Part shown: positions 1 through 9,294 of the stretch, piece after piece
Numbering within the stretch: position 1 is the first letter of the stretch
How the letters are laid out: each line of letters opens with the position of its first letter
Source of the DNA: Glaciecola sp. 33A
GTDB lineage: Bacteria; Pseudomonadota; Gammaproteobacteria; Enterobacterales; Alteromonadaceae
DNA length: 40,000 bases
Assembly (NCBI RefSeq): GCF_002836745.1
Contig: NZ_PJAR01000024.1
Span: 163,174 to 203,173, forward strand
Direction of reading: 5' to 3'
Translations under genes and position numbers: made by a program
Notes under the pieces: generated by a model
Databases searched by the model: none
The model's input: the letters and a program-made list of their open reading frames with translations, nothing else
Told to the model about the DNA's origin: nothing

Positions 1-52
1 AAATATTTCACACGTTCCTCCTTGAAATGTAATCTTAATTATCGGGCAAATA

Positions 53-586
53 TCATTTGCTGAATAAAACTGATTGAACAGGAGGCAATCCTCTCAATAT
101 GCGCTCTTCGTCTGTAATTGAGTTATTTTGCAAATAAACTCTGGTGTTATCATATTTAAGGCCGTATTTATTGACATCAATTGCAGCATTCTCTAAATAT
201 CGATTGTATGTAGCCGCTATAAGCCACGCACCCTTCTCATGACCTAATTGATACGCTTTTTGCGCCAAATAGTAGGCTAACAGGTGATTTTCATTGCTCA
301 TACTTTTTAATTCTTCAGCAACAAATTCGAGATTGGTATGCTGAAGTATTATCGAGGCATAAAAAAAATCGTCCGCAGTATTTAAATCACCGTTTGCCAG
401 CGCACTAAAAACATATAGACGCCTTGCGATCTCATCTTTTAAGTCCGGAGTATTTCCATTTTGACGGCTTTCTGCTGATCGAATCTGTTGGTCCGCTTCA
501 AAATGTTTTTTGAGTCCCGAATTTGATTCTGCATGGATTGAAAACGACAGAAAAGCTAACGTTAGGCATAACAATGCTAGTCTCAT
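53..586 (-). CDS. secreted hypothetical protein
   Basis: 177-aa ORF. The N-terminus MRLALLCLTLAFLSFSIHA/ES looks like a Sec signal peptide. The body is helical and I recognise no family by eye. Confidence 0.55.
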   Translation of the reverse strand: MRLALLCLTLAFLSFSIHAESNSGLKKHFEADQQIRSAESRQNGNTPDLKDEIARRLYVFSALANGDLNTADDFFYASIILQHTNLEFVAEELKSMSNENHLLAYYLAQKAYQLGHEKGAWLIAATYNRYLENAAIDVNKYGLKYDNTRVYLQNNSITDEERILRGLPPVQSVLFSK

Positions 587-1088
587 GTTAATTTAGTCCT
601 TACTTGTAGAACGATTTATCAGTGCAGTTTGATAAATCCGTTAAATCCTCACTATTTCAGAAGCTTACTTTCTTTGCAATAGTAATTTTCAGACTTGACG
701 CTTAGGTATTTATGCGTACTCAGCAACAAGGCGAAGAATTTTAGGTTTGAGTACGATATGTAACTTGTCTTTAGGCTTTTTGTAAAATGTGGATTACCTA
801 GAACCTATAACGAGGAACGTCCGCTCTTCATCTTGATGAGTAATTCTGTCAATCGATTTATGTTGCTAGTAAATTGCGCGAACCTGTTACACAACTTCAA
901 AAGGCGTGCGTCAGCAATTGCCGTATTTAAGACCGAGTTGATCAGACAAAAAGTGGCTCGGAGTTGACTATTTTAATGTGCTAATGTAATTCTCTATATC
1001 AATTAACATTAATTAAACGCTGCAATACCTTTTAGCGTAGAGTAAAAAGTAGGGAATAGCATATCAACAACCACACAAGGAAGTAAGA

Positions 1089-1757
1089 ATGAGAACATTA
1101 TTAACATTAATCATTATCAGCTTTAACCAACTATTATTTGCAGGTCAATTTGAAAATTGTGAAGATCCAAAATACATTGAATACGTGAATAAAAGACATG
1201 ATTTCTATTATAAGATTGACAAAGAACAATACGAAAAGACGAAAGAAGAATTAAAGACTAAACCGTTCGCAAAAATGAGCAATAGGGAACAGCGTCGTTT
1301 TCTATATTCTAATACTGAGTTAAGTGCCCGCTTTGATTCAAAAGAACAAGCCTTATTTTTTATCGAGAAATACGAAAAACATACCAACGCACTAGGGAAA
1401 TTTTTCAGTATCTCAAAAGATATGGATATGCTCCACAAAACTAACATTGCTCGAGCATGGTTAGCTCTAAAGGTCGGGGACAAAGAGGAAGCAGTTACGT
1501 TTCTGTTAAAAGCAGCTCAGGTTAGTTCGACACCTGTTCTTGGTTCATTTGGTCCAGACAAAACCCTAATCCGCGAGCTATATAAGCAAGGAGAGAAAGA
1601 AGCTGTTCTTGAGTATCTTGAACGCGTTAGTGCCTTTTGGAATACAGACAGCGCTCTGGAGTACATCGAATTGTGGCAAAAAATGATTAAACGCAATTGT
1701 CTAATTCAGTTTCAATTTTACGACACCACATCTACAAAGTCATTCGACTTAGACTAA
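1089..1757 (+). CDS. secreted helical hypothetical protein
   Basis: 222-aa ORF with RBS-like AAGGAAG upstream of the ATG. The N-terminal hydrophobic segment MRTLLTLIIISFNQLLFA is signal-like. The body is Lys/Glu-rich and helical, with no recognised family. Confidence 0.55.
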   Translation: MRTLLTLIIISFNQLLFAGQFENCEDPKYIEYVNKRHDFYYKIDKEQYEKTKEELKTKPFAKMSNREQRRFLYSNTELSARFDSKEQALFFIEKYEKHTNALGKFFSISKDMDMLHKTNIARAWLALKVGDKEEAVTFLLKAAQVSSTPVLGSFGPDKTLIRELYKQGEKEAVLEYLERVSAFWNTDSALEYIELWQKMIKRNCLIQFQFYDTTSTKSFDLD

Positions 1758-1904
1758 AGCAATTTAAAAGATAAACAAATACGACTATTGTGGATTCGTT
1801 TGAAGGGTTGTCTTCTAGGTACAAGAATTGACTTATGATATAGGGTTCTGTTTAATAAAATTCATTGTTCGTAAACAGGTTATCGTTGTGGTTCACCTCA
1901 GTTT

Positions 1905-1934
1905 ATGTTTATGAGATAAATTTCTCATAAACAT
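1905..1934. repeat. perfect 12-bp inverted repeat with a 6-nt spacer (atgtttatgaga-taaatt-tctcataaacat)
   Basis: Read directly from the sequence. It lies between the convergent genes 1089..1757 (+) and 2269..3270 (-). There is no flanking T-run, so it could be either a hairpin terminator or a protein-binding palindrome. Confidence 0.6.
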
Positions 1935-2268
1935 TTGACCAACGTATGTCCCCTTTTGCCGTAATCTTGTCATTAGATTTTTAATTTAAAAATGTCGATT
2001 TAAGCTAATTAGTCATCCTTTGTCCCTCATTTACACTAACTGATAGAATTTATTACAAGGTTGCATAGAGTTGCATCATTGAAGGGGTCTAAAGTAGGGT
2101 ACCGGTTTCAAAAGATTTTATTATCCATTTAATATCAATAGCCTACAGCTAATATCTTATGGCTTAGTTAGTGCGGTATCAGTTCATATAGATAAGCAGG
2201 AAAGTTCAATAATATCAACGCCAAATCGATGTGACTTTTTCGGTTTTATAAATCAAAAAATTTAACGT

Positions 2269-3270
2269 TTATTTTACTAATAGGAGATATTCACCCGGTG
2301 TAATGCCCATCCACTCTTTAAAAGCTCTAATAAATGCACTTTGCTCTGAATATCCAAGTAAAAAGGCTATCTCTAAAGATGTAAATTGGCCATCAACTAG
2401 ATACCGTTTAGCTAACCGACAGCGTGAGTCGGCGAGTATAGAACGATAATTGTGATCGTTATTACTTAGTTTTCGATAAAATGATCGTAGTGAAAAACCC
2501 ATTTTTACACAAACAGTGCTCGCACGAGTGTCACCGTCTTTCATCGCGACCAATATTTGTTCTCGTAATTTTAAGAGAAAAGGTGCAAACGTTTCATTTT
2601 GATATTTTGTTTCTGTTAATAAAAATCTAGCTTGTTGATCAAAGATTTTAAGCAGCGATGGGTCACTTGTTGAAATATTCAATAACATTAAATATGTTGG
2701 TATATTTACCCGTAATGTGGGTGAGTTAAACTCAACTGGACAGCCTAAAATCGCTTGATAAATATTAATATCGTTAGGAATTTTAATGGGTAAAGCTACA
2801 GATACAGGTGCAATTTTCCGATTAATTAACGATTGGTAAAGTGTGATAAATATAATCAAACCAAATTCATATAACAGTCGATTATCTACACCTCGTAACA
2901 TCCATTGATGACTATAAGTCTTTCCTTGAATTTCTATTTTAGCTGCCAAATCAGTTAAGACTAATGTTTGGTATCGACCATATCTAATTAGCGCTTGTTT
3001 AAGCGTACTGCATGATGTTAGTAAATTTCCAACTAAGCCAAAATCTTCCGGTTTTGCCATCGCCCCAATGCGCAGCCCTAATGCTGTTAGCGGAGTTAAC
3101 TGATAAATTTGATCCAGTAATTGTGAAAATGTCTGCGTGTCGACGCGTTGTCCTTTAGATAGTTCATGAAGTGTTTTTCTTAAGCTTTTTGCTTCTAATG
3201 TTTGCTCATCTATGTATCGCGTTAAAATATTAAGGAAGCTAATGGGAACATAGGCTTTGTATTGAGTCAT
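2269..3270 (-). CDS. AraC family transcriptional regulator (N-terminal ligand-binding domain plus C-terminal double HTH)
   Basis: 333-aa ORF. The C-terminus RLAKRYLVDGQFTSLEIAFLLGYSEQSAFIRAFKEWMGITPGEY is the canonical AraC/XylS HTH signature. It is divergent from the 3410 gene. Confidence 0.85.
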   Translation of the reverse strand: MTQYKAYVPISFLNILTRYIDEQTLEAKSLRKTLHELSKGQRVDTQTFSQLLDQIYQLTPLTALGLRIGAMAKPEDFGLVGNLLTSCSTLKQALIRYGRYQTLVLTDLAAKIEIQGKTYSHQWMLRGVDNRLLYEFGLIIFITLYQSLINRKIAPVSVALPIKIPNDINIYQAILGCPVEFNSPTLRVNIPTYLMLLNISTSDPSLLKIFDQQARFLLTETKYQNETFAPFLLKLREQILVAMKDGDTRASTVCVKMGFSLRSFYRKLSNNDHNYRSILADSRCRLAKRYLVDGQFTSLEIAFLLGYSEQSAFIRAFKEWMGITPGEYLLLVK

Positions 3271-3323
3271 CTATTTCTCAATAAGTGCGATTATTTTGAT
3301 GAGATTAACATGTTGGCACGTTA

Positions 3324-3349
3324 TGTCAATGGACGGTGAAATTGTCAAT
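3324..3349. promoter_or_regulatory. direct repeat tgtcaat (3324-3330 and 3343-3349) in the AraC / redox-fusion divergent promoter
   Basis: The 7-mer occurs twice, 19 bp apart, within the 139-bp divergent intergenic region. AraC-family proteins commonly bind direct-repeat half-sites. The assignment is speculative. Confidence 0.25.
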
Positions 3350-3409
3350 ATTTACCTAACAATAGCGCTTAAAATAGTATTCTTTTATCAATAGCATCTG
3401 GAAATTATT

Positions 3410-6400
3410 ATGGCATATGTTGTAACTCAAGCATGTATAGGAAATAAGCATACCGATTGCGTAGACGTTTGTCCTGTTGATGCATTTAGGGAAGGTCCTG
3501 AAATGCTCTACATTGACCCTAATGTATGTATTGATTGCAATGCTTGTATCACAGCATGTCCAGAACGTGCCATTTACTCAGAAAGTTCTGTTCCTAGTTT
3601 AATGCAAGACTTTATTGCATTGAATGCCGAAAAATCTCAAATATATCCTGTGATAACACAAAGTATTGGCCATGATGTTGCGGTATCTCCTATGGCTAGT
3701 TTTTCAGGACACTTCGCAGTAATAGGCTCTGGCCCTGCAGGTTTTTATACCGCTGAAGAAATATTAAAACAAATGCCATTAGCTAAGGTTGATATGTTTG
3801 AGCGCCTACCCACACCTTTTGGTCTTGTTCGTTATGGCGTAGCTCCAGATCATCCTCGCATAAAATCAGTATCATCTAGCTTTGATCGTATTGCAGAAAA
3901 TGAACGCTTTCGTTTTTTTGGCAATGTTGAATTAGGCCGTGATATTCAACGAACTGACTTACTTGAGCAATATGATGGGGTTGTTTATGCAACGGGAGGA
4001 TCTAAAAGTCGAGCTTTATCGATTCCGGGGGCTGAGTTACCTAATATTTTTGGCTCTTCAACCTTCGTTGGTTGGTATAACGGTCACCCTGATCAAAGTC
4101 AACTTTCTGTAGACTTGTCATTACAAACCGCTGTTGTTATTGGTATGGGGAATGTGGCATTAGATATTGCTCGAATGTTGGTATTATCACCTGAGCAACT
4201 TGAAAAAACAGATGTCGCTGATGAAGCGTTAAGTGCCTTTAAACAAAGCTCAGTACAAGAGGTAATTTTAATTGCTCGTCGAGGTATTGCTCAAGCGGCC
4301 TTCACGCCAAAAGAATTAGAACAATTAATGGGACTTGATGATGTCGACTTAATTATTGATCCAAATGATTTAGCGTTAGATCTACAAACAATTGAGCAAA
4401 CAGAATTACCTGAGTTTAGTGAAGTAAAACAAAATATTAACTTGCTTAAAGAAATTTCACAACGCCAACAGGCTGATAATATTCAAGAGAATAAAAAACG
4501 TATCCGCTTTATGTTTTGCCATAGTCCAGACTATATTGATAATGATGTAAATGGGCACAAAACCTTACATCTTACGCGTAATGAAATCATTCGAGATGAT
4601 GCTGGTCGTATTTCTATTAAAACAACTCATGAAAAATCACTTATAAATGCAAACCTCATCGTACATGCTATTGGCTATCAAGGTGATGCGATTGAAAACG
4701 TAGCTTTTGATGAACAACGTGGCGTTATTCTTAATCAGCAAGGTCGAGTAGATATTGTCAATCATAGTTCAAAAGATAATTCCGAAGGGAGTGCTTTAAA
4801 CCAAGAGTATACAGCAGGGTGGATAAAACGTGGCGCTAGTGGTGTAATTGGCAGTAATAAGCATTGCGCTCATGATACTGTTAATCAATTGATCACCGAT
4901 TTAGTTAATGCGAATACAGTAACTACCAAATTAATTAGTCAAGATATGACTGACTTACTTGATAAGCGAAACGTTGAATATATTAGTTTTAGCGATTGGC
5001 AGTTACTTGATCAACATGAACAAGTACAAGGGGACTTAGTCGGTCGTCCTCGTCGTAAAGTCACTAACATCAACACAATGTTACACATTATCCGAGACGC
5101 TCGTGTAGCGAATTTAGCAAAAGAACAAGAAAGAACAAATCTGCCAGTTAAAACGCATCTACGAAACTGTACCTTGTGTGAAGCAATGTGTGGTGTGCAA
5201 ATAAAATATCAAGGTGATGAAATTTTATCAATTGCTGGTGATAAAGATGATCCTCACAGCGGAGGACATATTTGTCCTAAAGGATATTCATTACAAGACT
5301 TACATAATGATCCAGATCGTTTGAAAACACCAATGCAAAAGGTGGATGGTCAATGGCTACCCATCAGTTGGGATGATGCACTAGATCGTGTCAGTAATGA
5401 AATTGTTAATATCCAAAGCAAATATGGTAATGACGCAATATCAGGATACATTGGGAATCCTGCTTCCCATAGTTTTGGTATATTAATGGCGGTCGGTAAA
5501 TTTCGTAAAGCATTAGGTTCTAAAAACATGCATTCGGGTGGTTCTTTAGATCAAATGCCACACCAACTGATGTCTTATTTAATGTTTGGACATGGGCAAC
5601 TGTTCACTATTCCTGATATAGATCGCACTGACTATATGTTAATGCTTGGCGCAAATCCTGCAGCTTCAAATGGTAGTTTAATGTCCGCAGGAGATGTTCT
5701 TAAGCGTTTAGAAAGCATTAAAGAGCGTGGTGGAAAATTCATCTTAGTCGACCCACGCAGAACTGAGTCAGCACGTTATGCATCAGAGCACCTTTTTATC
5801 AAACCGGGCACCGACCCGTTATTTATTTATGGTCTTATTCAATATATTATTCAGCAAGCATTGTATGAACCAGCGCACTTAACACAAATGTTAGACGGCT
5901 TCGATCAACTACTTGGTATGTTTGATCAATTTTCTCTTGCAGAAATAAGCGATGTTTGTGGTATATCAGAAGATAACATTAAACGTATAGCTACCGATTT
6001 TGCAGCCGCCGAAGGTGCCATTTGTTATGGAAGAATGGGATTATCAACACAAAATTTTTCAGCCTTAAATCATTGGCTGGTTAATATTTTAAACATTATT
6101 ACGGGTAATTTAGATCGAAAAGGCGGCATGATGTTTACTAAACCTGCTGTTGATACAGGCATTCAAGCCTCTACCGCAGGTAGTTTTGCTAAATTTCATA
6201 GTCGTGTTAGAGGCTTACCTGAATTTAGTCGAGAATTGCCAACAGCTATACTCGCGGAAGAAATGCTAACGCCAGGTGAAGGACAAGTAAAAGGGTTTAT
6301 TTGTATAGCCGGAAACCCCGTTTTATCAGTGCCTAACGGTCGTCAACTTGACGAAGCACTTAACAACTTAGACTTTATGGTCTCGGTAGATTTTTTTCTA

Positions 6401-7291
6401 AATGAAACATCACGCCATGCTGATATTATTTTACCGCCAACAGGACCTTTAGAGCATGAGCATTTTGATATAGTCTTTAACTTATTAGCGGTACGCAATG
6501 TCGCAAAATATTCGGAAGCATTATTTGAACATAGAGATGATACCCGCTCTGACTTTGATATTATGTTCGGCTTAACACAACGTATTAATCAGTTAAAACA
6601 CGGCATTATTAACATCAAAAAACAACCTGAAATGACTATGGAACAAATTCTGGATTACAGTTTGAGAAGTGGTCCATATGGAAAGTCTTTTACTTCTTAT
6701 GAATCAGGAAAAGAAATTTCACATGATTATGGTTTGAGTTTAGACGTATTAAAACAGTACCCGCACGGATTAGACCTAGGGCCTTTAAAACCATGTTTAC
6801 CAAATCACTTATTTACTAAAGATAAACTTATTCATTTATTACCTGACCCTATACTAGATGACCTTCAGAGAATGAAAGCACAATTTTCAAGTAAAACAGC
6901 CACATCATTGATGATGATAAGCCGTAGAGATTTACGTACAAATAATTCATGGATGCACAACAGCCAACGTTTAATTAAAGGCAAAGATCGCTGTGCTTTG
7001 TTAATTCACCCTGAAGATGCAAAAGAAAAAGGTGTTGTCGACAGAGGTCAAGCGTACTTGAAATCACGAGTTGGGGAATTGAAAGTTGATGTACTTATTA
7101 CAGAAGACGTTATGCGAGGTGTTGTTTGTTTACCGCATGGTTGGGGTCATGATAGAGAAGGTATCGCTCTGCGTGTAGCGCAAACTAATCCAGGCGTCAG
7201 TATGAATGACTTAACAGATGATCAACGGGTTGATAGCATGTCAGGAAATGCAATATTCAATGGCATACCTGTCGAAATAGCACCTTGTTAA
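3410..7291 (+). CDS. tri-domain fusion: 7Fe-type ferredoxin (aa 1-85), FprA/adrenodoxin-reductase-like NAD(P)H flavoprotein (aa ~101-565) and molybdopterin (Mo-bisPGD) oxidoreductase (aa ~582-1293)
   Basis: Uninterrupted 1293-aa ORF. The ferredoxin Cys pattern is C9, C17, C21-P and C40xxC43xxC46xxxC50-P. The flavoprotein part has VIGSGPAG (FAD), VAPDHPRIK and VIGMGNVALD (NADPH) motifs. C587xxC590xxxC594...C622 is the N-terminal 4Fe-4S motif of molybdopterin oxidoreductases, and a long MopB-like body follows. Confidence 0.85.
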   Translation: MAYVVTQACIGNKHTDCVDVCPVDAFREGPEMLYIDPNVCIDCNACITACPERAIYSESSVPSLMQDFIALNAEKSQIYPVITQSIGHDVAVSPMASFSGHFAVIGSGPAGFYTAEEILKQMPLAKVDMFERLPTPFGLVRYGVAPDHPRIKSVSSSFDRIAENERFRFFGNVELGRDIQRTDLLEQYDGVVYATGGSKSRALSIPGAELPNIFGSSTFVGWYNGHPDQSQLSVDLSLQTAVVIGMGNVALDIARMLVLSPEQLEKTDVADEALSAFKQSSVQEVILIARRGIAQAAFTPKELEQLMGLDDVDLIIDPNDLALDLQTIEQTELPEFSEVKQNINLLKEISQRQQADNIQENKKRIRFMFCHSPDYIDNDVNGHKTLHLTRNEIIRDDAGRISIKTTHEKSLINANLIVHAIGYQGDAIENVAFDEQRGVILNQQGRVDIVNHSSKDNSEGSALNQEYTAGWIKRGASGVIGSNKHCAHDTVNQLITDLVNANTVTTKLISQDMTDLLDKRNVEYISFSDWQLLDQHEQVQGDLVGRPRRKVTNINTMLHIIRDARVANLAKEQERTNLPVKTHLRNCTLCEAMCGVQIKYQGDEILSIAGDKDDPHSGGHICPKGYSLQDLHNDPDRLKTPMQKVDGQWLPISWDDALDRVSNEIVNIQSKYGNDAISGYIGNPASHSFGILMAVGKFRKALGSKNMHSGGSLDQMPHQLMSYLMFGHGQLFTIPDIDRTDYMLMLGANPAASNGSLMSAGDVLKRLESIKERGGKFILVDPRRTESARYASEHLFIKPGTDPLFIYGLIQYIIQQALYEPAHLTQMLDGFDQLLGMFDQFSLAEISDVCGISEDNIKRIATDFAAAEGAICYGRMGLSTQNFSALNHWLVNILNIITGNLDRKGGMMFTKPAVDTGIQASTAGSFAKFHSRVRGLPEFSRELPTAILAEEMLTPGEGQVKGFICIAGNPVLSVPNGRQLDEALNNLDFMVSVDFFLNETSRHADIILPPTGPLEHEHFDIVFNLLAVRNVAKYSEALFEHRDDTRSDFDIMFGLTQRINQLKHGIINIKKQPEMTMEQILDYSLRSGPYGKSFTSYESGKEISHDYGLSLDVLKQYPHGLDLGPLKPCLPNHLFTKDKLIHLLPDPILDDLQRMKAQFSSKTATSLMMISRRDLRTNNSWMHNSQRLIKGKDRCALLIHPEDAKEKGVVDRGQAYLKSRVGELKVDVLITEDVMRGVVCLPHGWGHDREGIALRVAQTNPGVSMNDLTDDQRVDSMSGNAIFNGIPVEIAPC

Positions 7292-7411
7292 AAATCATTT
7301 TTTGATTCAATTCAGTAATGAGCTAAACCTAATACCAGCTTTCAGCTCAATACGTCTGTGGAATTTTGATTATCATAAATGAGAACAACATCAACAGAAT
7401 GAGCTTTCATT

Positions 7412-9070
7412 TTATATACTAGCTATCTCGGACTCCCAAATAATGTCACCGAGTAACTCACCATTTATTAATTGCATATACTTTTGTTCAATAGCGTTTC
7501 GTTTAATTTTTAACGTGGGTGTTAATAGCCCGTTGTCTATATCCCATACGCCAGAACAAACGAGAATGTAATCTAATTTTTGGTGACTTTCCAATTTATT
7601 ATTTACATCTATTAATATGTTTTTTAATTTTTCAACGGCCTCAGTATTTGCTTTTGAAATTGAATTATTTAGCACCACGATTGCTATAGGTTGCTTTAAG
7701 CCTGCTCCCATCACACAAACCTGATCTATATCGGTATTGGCGCTTAGCAAACTTTCAATCGGCACGGGAGCGACATATTTTCCTTTGCTGGTTTTAAATT
7801 TGTCTTTTATCCGGCCGACAATTTTAAATGCACCAGAGGCAGTATTTTCACCACAATCACCAGTGTTAAACCAACCATCGGTAAACGATTCTGAGGTGGT
7901 TTCAGTATCTCGATAATATTCACTGAATACGGCATCACCTTTAATTAAAATTTCACCTTCTTTAGAAAGTTCCATCGTTACGCAATCAATTGGCTTACCA
8001 ATTGTTCCCAAGTCACTTTTGACATAGGGTAGGTTAATACAAGATATGCTGGACGTTTCTGACATGCCCCATGCTTCACTAATATTAATTCCTAATTTTT
8101 CATACCATTGTAATAAAGAAAGAGGTATTGGAGCTGTACCTGAAACAAAGTACCTTGCGCATTCCAATCCTAATTTTGTTCTTATTTTTTTAGCTATAAT
8201 TTTGTTAATAATTGGGATTGAGATTAAAAAGTTTAACTTTTTTTCAGGGATATTTTTCAATATTTGGCTTTGGAATTTTGTCCAGAGTCTTGGTACTGAA
8301 CCAAATACGGTCGGCTTACCGTAATTTAGGTCTTCAATAAACGTTTCAAGAGATTCGACGAAATATATTTCATATCCTATGAAAAGTGATGACGCTTCTA
8401 AACTTCGCTCAACAGCGTGCGCTAATGGAAGATAAGACATTTGGCGATCATTCGACGTCATGTTAAATTTTAATGCGGTGCTTTGTGCAGCCGATACCCA
8501 GTTTTTATAGGTTAATACAACACCCTTCGGCTTGCCTGTTGAACCAGACGTATAAAGTATGGTGGCGGTATCATCTATGGACGCTTGATGAACGTTTTCA
8601 ATAGGCGGATATTTGCTTAACCAAGACGTAAATGATTCTGTAGTTGAAGCGGTAGGGTAAGGAAACGCTATACGCAGTACATCTGGATTAATTGCTGATT
8701 CGGCTGCGCTTGTGTCGTCTAATTTACCAACGAATATAGCTTTCAAGTCTGCGTGTTTAATTATAAAGCTTATCGTGTTGTGGTGCGCAGTTGAAAAAAT
8801 TGCTACAGGTATATAGCCAGCCATCATTATTGCTAAATCGCTTATAATCCAATGAGCACAGTTTTTTGATAAAATACCTATTCTTGAACCTTTTTCATAT
8901 CCCTGCGATTGTAAGCCCTTTGCAATACAACGTGCTTGATGTTCTACCTCTGTCCAAGTGAACTTTTGCCACTGCCTTGCAATGGGTTGATGCAAGTAAA
9001 CCTTGTTTGGATTATTTTTACTTTGCTTTAGTAAGTTTTGAACGGGAGTTGTATATGTCATCGGTAGCAC
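7412..9070 (-). CDS. AMP-dependent acyl-CoA synthetase/ligase (long-chain fatty-acid-CoA ligase-like)
   Basis: 552-aa ORF with the AMP-binding motif LYTSGSTGKPKGV, a later GWFNTGD motif and a C-terminal TPTLKIKR motif. The listed start is GTG at 9070, with an alternative ATG at 9061. Confidence 0.85.
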   Translation of the reverse strand: MLPMTYTTPVQNLLKQSKNNPNKVYLHQPIARQWQKFTWTEVEHQARCIAKGLQSQGYEKGSRIGILSKNCAHWIISDLAIMMAGYIPVAIFSTAHHNTISFIIKHADLKAIFVGKLDDTSAAESAINPDVLRIAFPYPTASTTESFTSWLSKYPPIENVHQASIDDTATILYTSGSTGKPKGVVLTYKNWVSAAQSTALKFNMTSNDRQMSYLPLAHAVERSLEASSLFIGYEIYFVESLETFIEDLNYGKPTVFGSVPRLWTKFQSQILKNIPEKKLNFLISIPIINKIIAKKIRTKLGLECARYFVSGTAPIPLSLLQWYEKLGINISEAWGMSETSSISCINLPYVKSDLGTIGKPIDCVTMELSKEGEILIKGDAVFSEYYRDTETTSESFTDGWFNTGDCGENTASGAFKIVGRIKDKFKTSKGKYVAPVPIESLLSANTDIDQVCVMGAGLKQPIAIVVLNNSISKANTEAVEKLKNILIDVNNKLESHQKLDYILVCSGVWDIDNGLLTPTLKIKRNAIEQKYMQLINGELLGDIIWESEIASI

Positions 9071-9170
9071 AAGATCCTTGTAGAACGTTAACCTGCCATC
9101 ACGTTTGATTAAAATTTTAAATTAATACGCATAGTTAGTACCTTAGGTAGGAGCAGTAAATTAGTATATC

Positions 9171-9191
9171 AACCTGCCATTTATGCAGGTT
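9171..9191. promoter_or_regulatory. 21-bp palindrome aacctgc-catttat-gcaggtt upstream of the acyl-CoA ligase, with an extra half-site aacctgcca at 9090-9098
   Basis: Read directly from the sequence. The palindrome is about 100-130 bp upstream of the ligase start and the half-site is about 20-37 bp upstream. It is a candidate operator. Confidence 0.3.
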
Positions 9192-9294
9192 ATAGTATAA
9201 TCATGAGTAAGTCAGAATAGCTATTAATTCAAGGTATTTTAGAGTTGTTTTACTGATAGGTTTATTTTATACCTCGTTTGTTTGATGCATAAAA

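Noticed and set aside
1208-1483. 91-aa minus-strand ORF inside the 1089..1757 gene. The same class of antisense ORFs occurs at 8046..8324, 11090..11272, 11151..11342, 11188..11472, 11516..12043, 11880..12248, 11962..12156, 12513..12725 and 13296..13508.
   Set aside because: All lie wholly within, and antisense or out of frame to, much longer ORFs with clear family motifs. They have odd composition and no RBS, so they are shadow ORFs.
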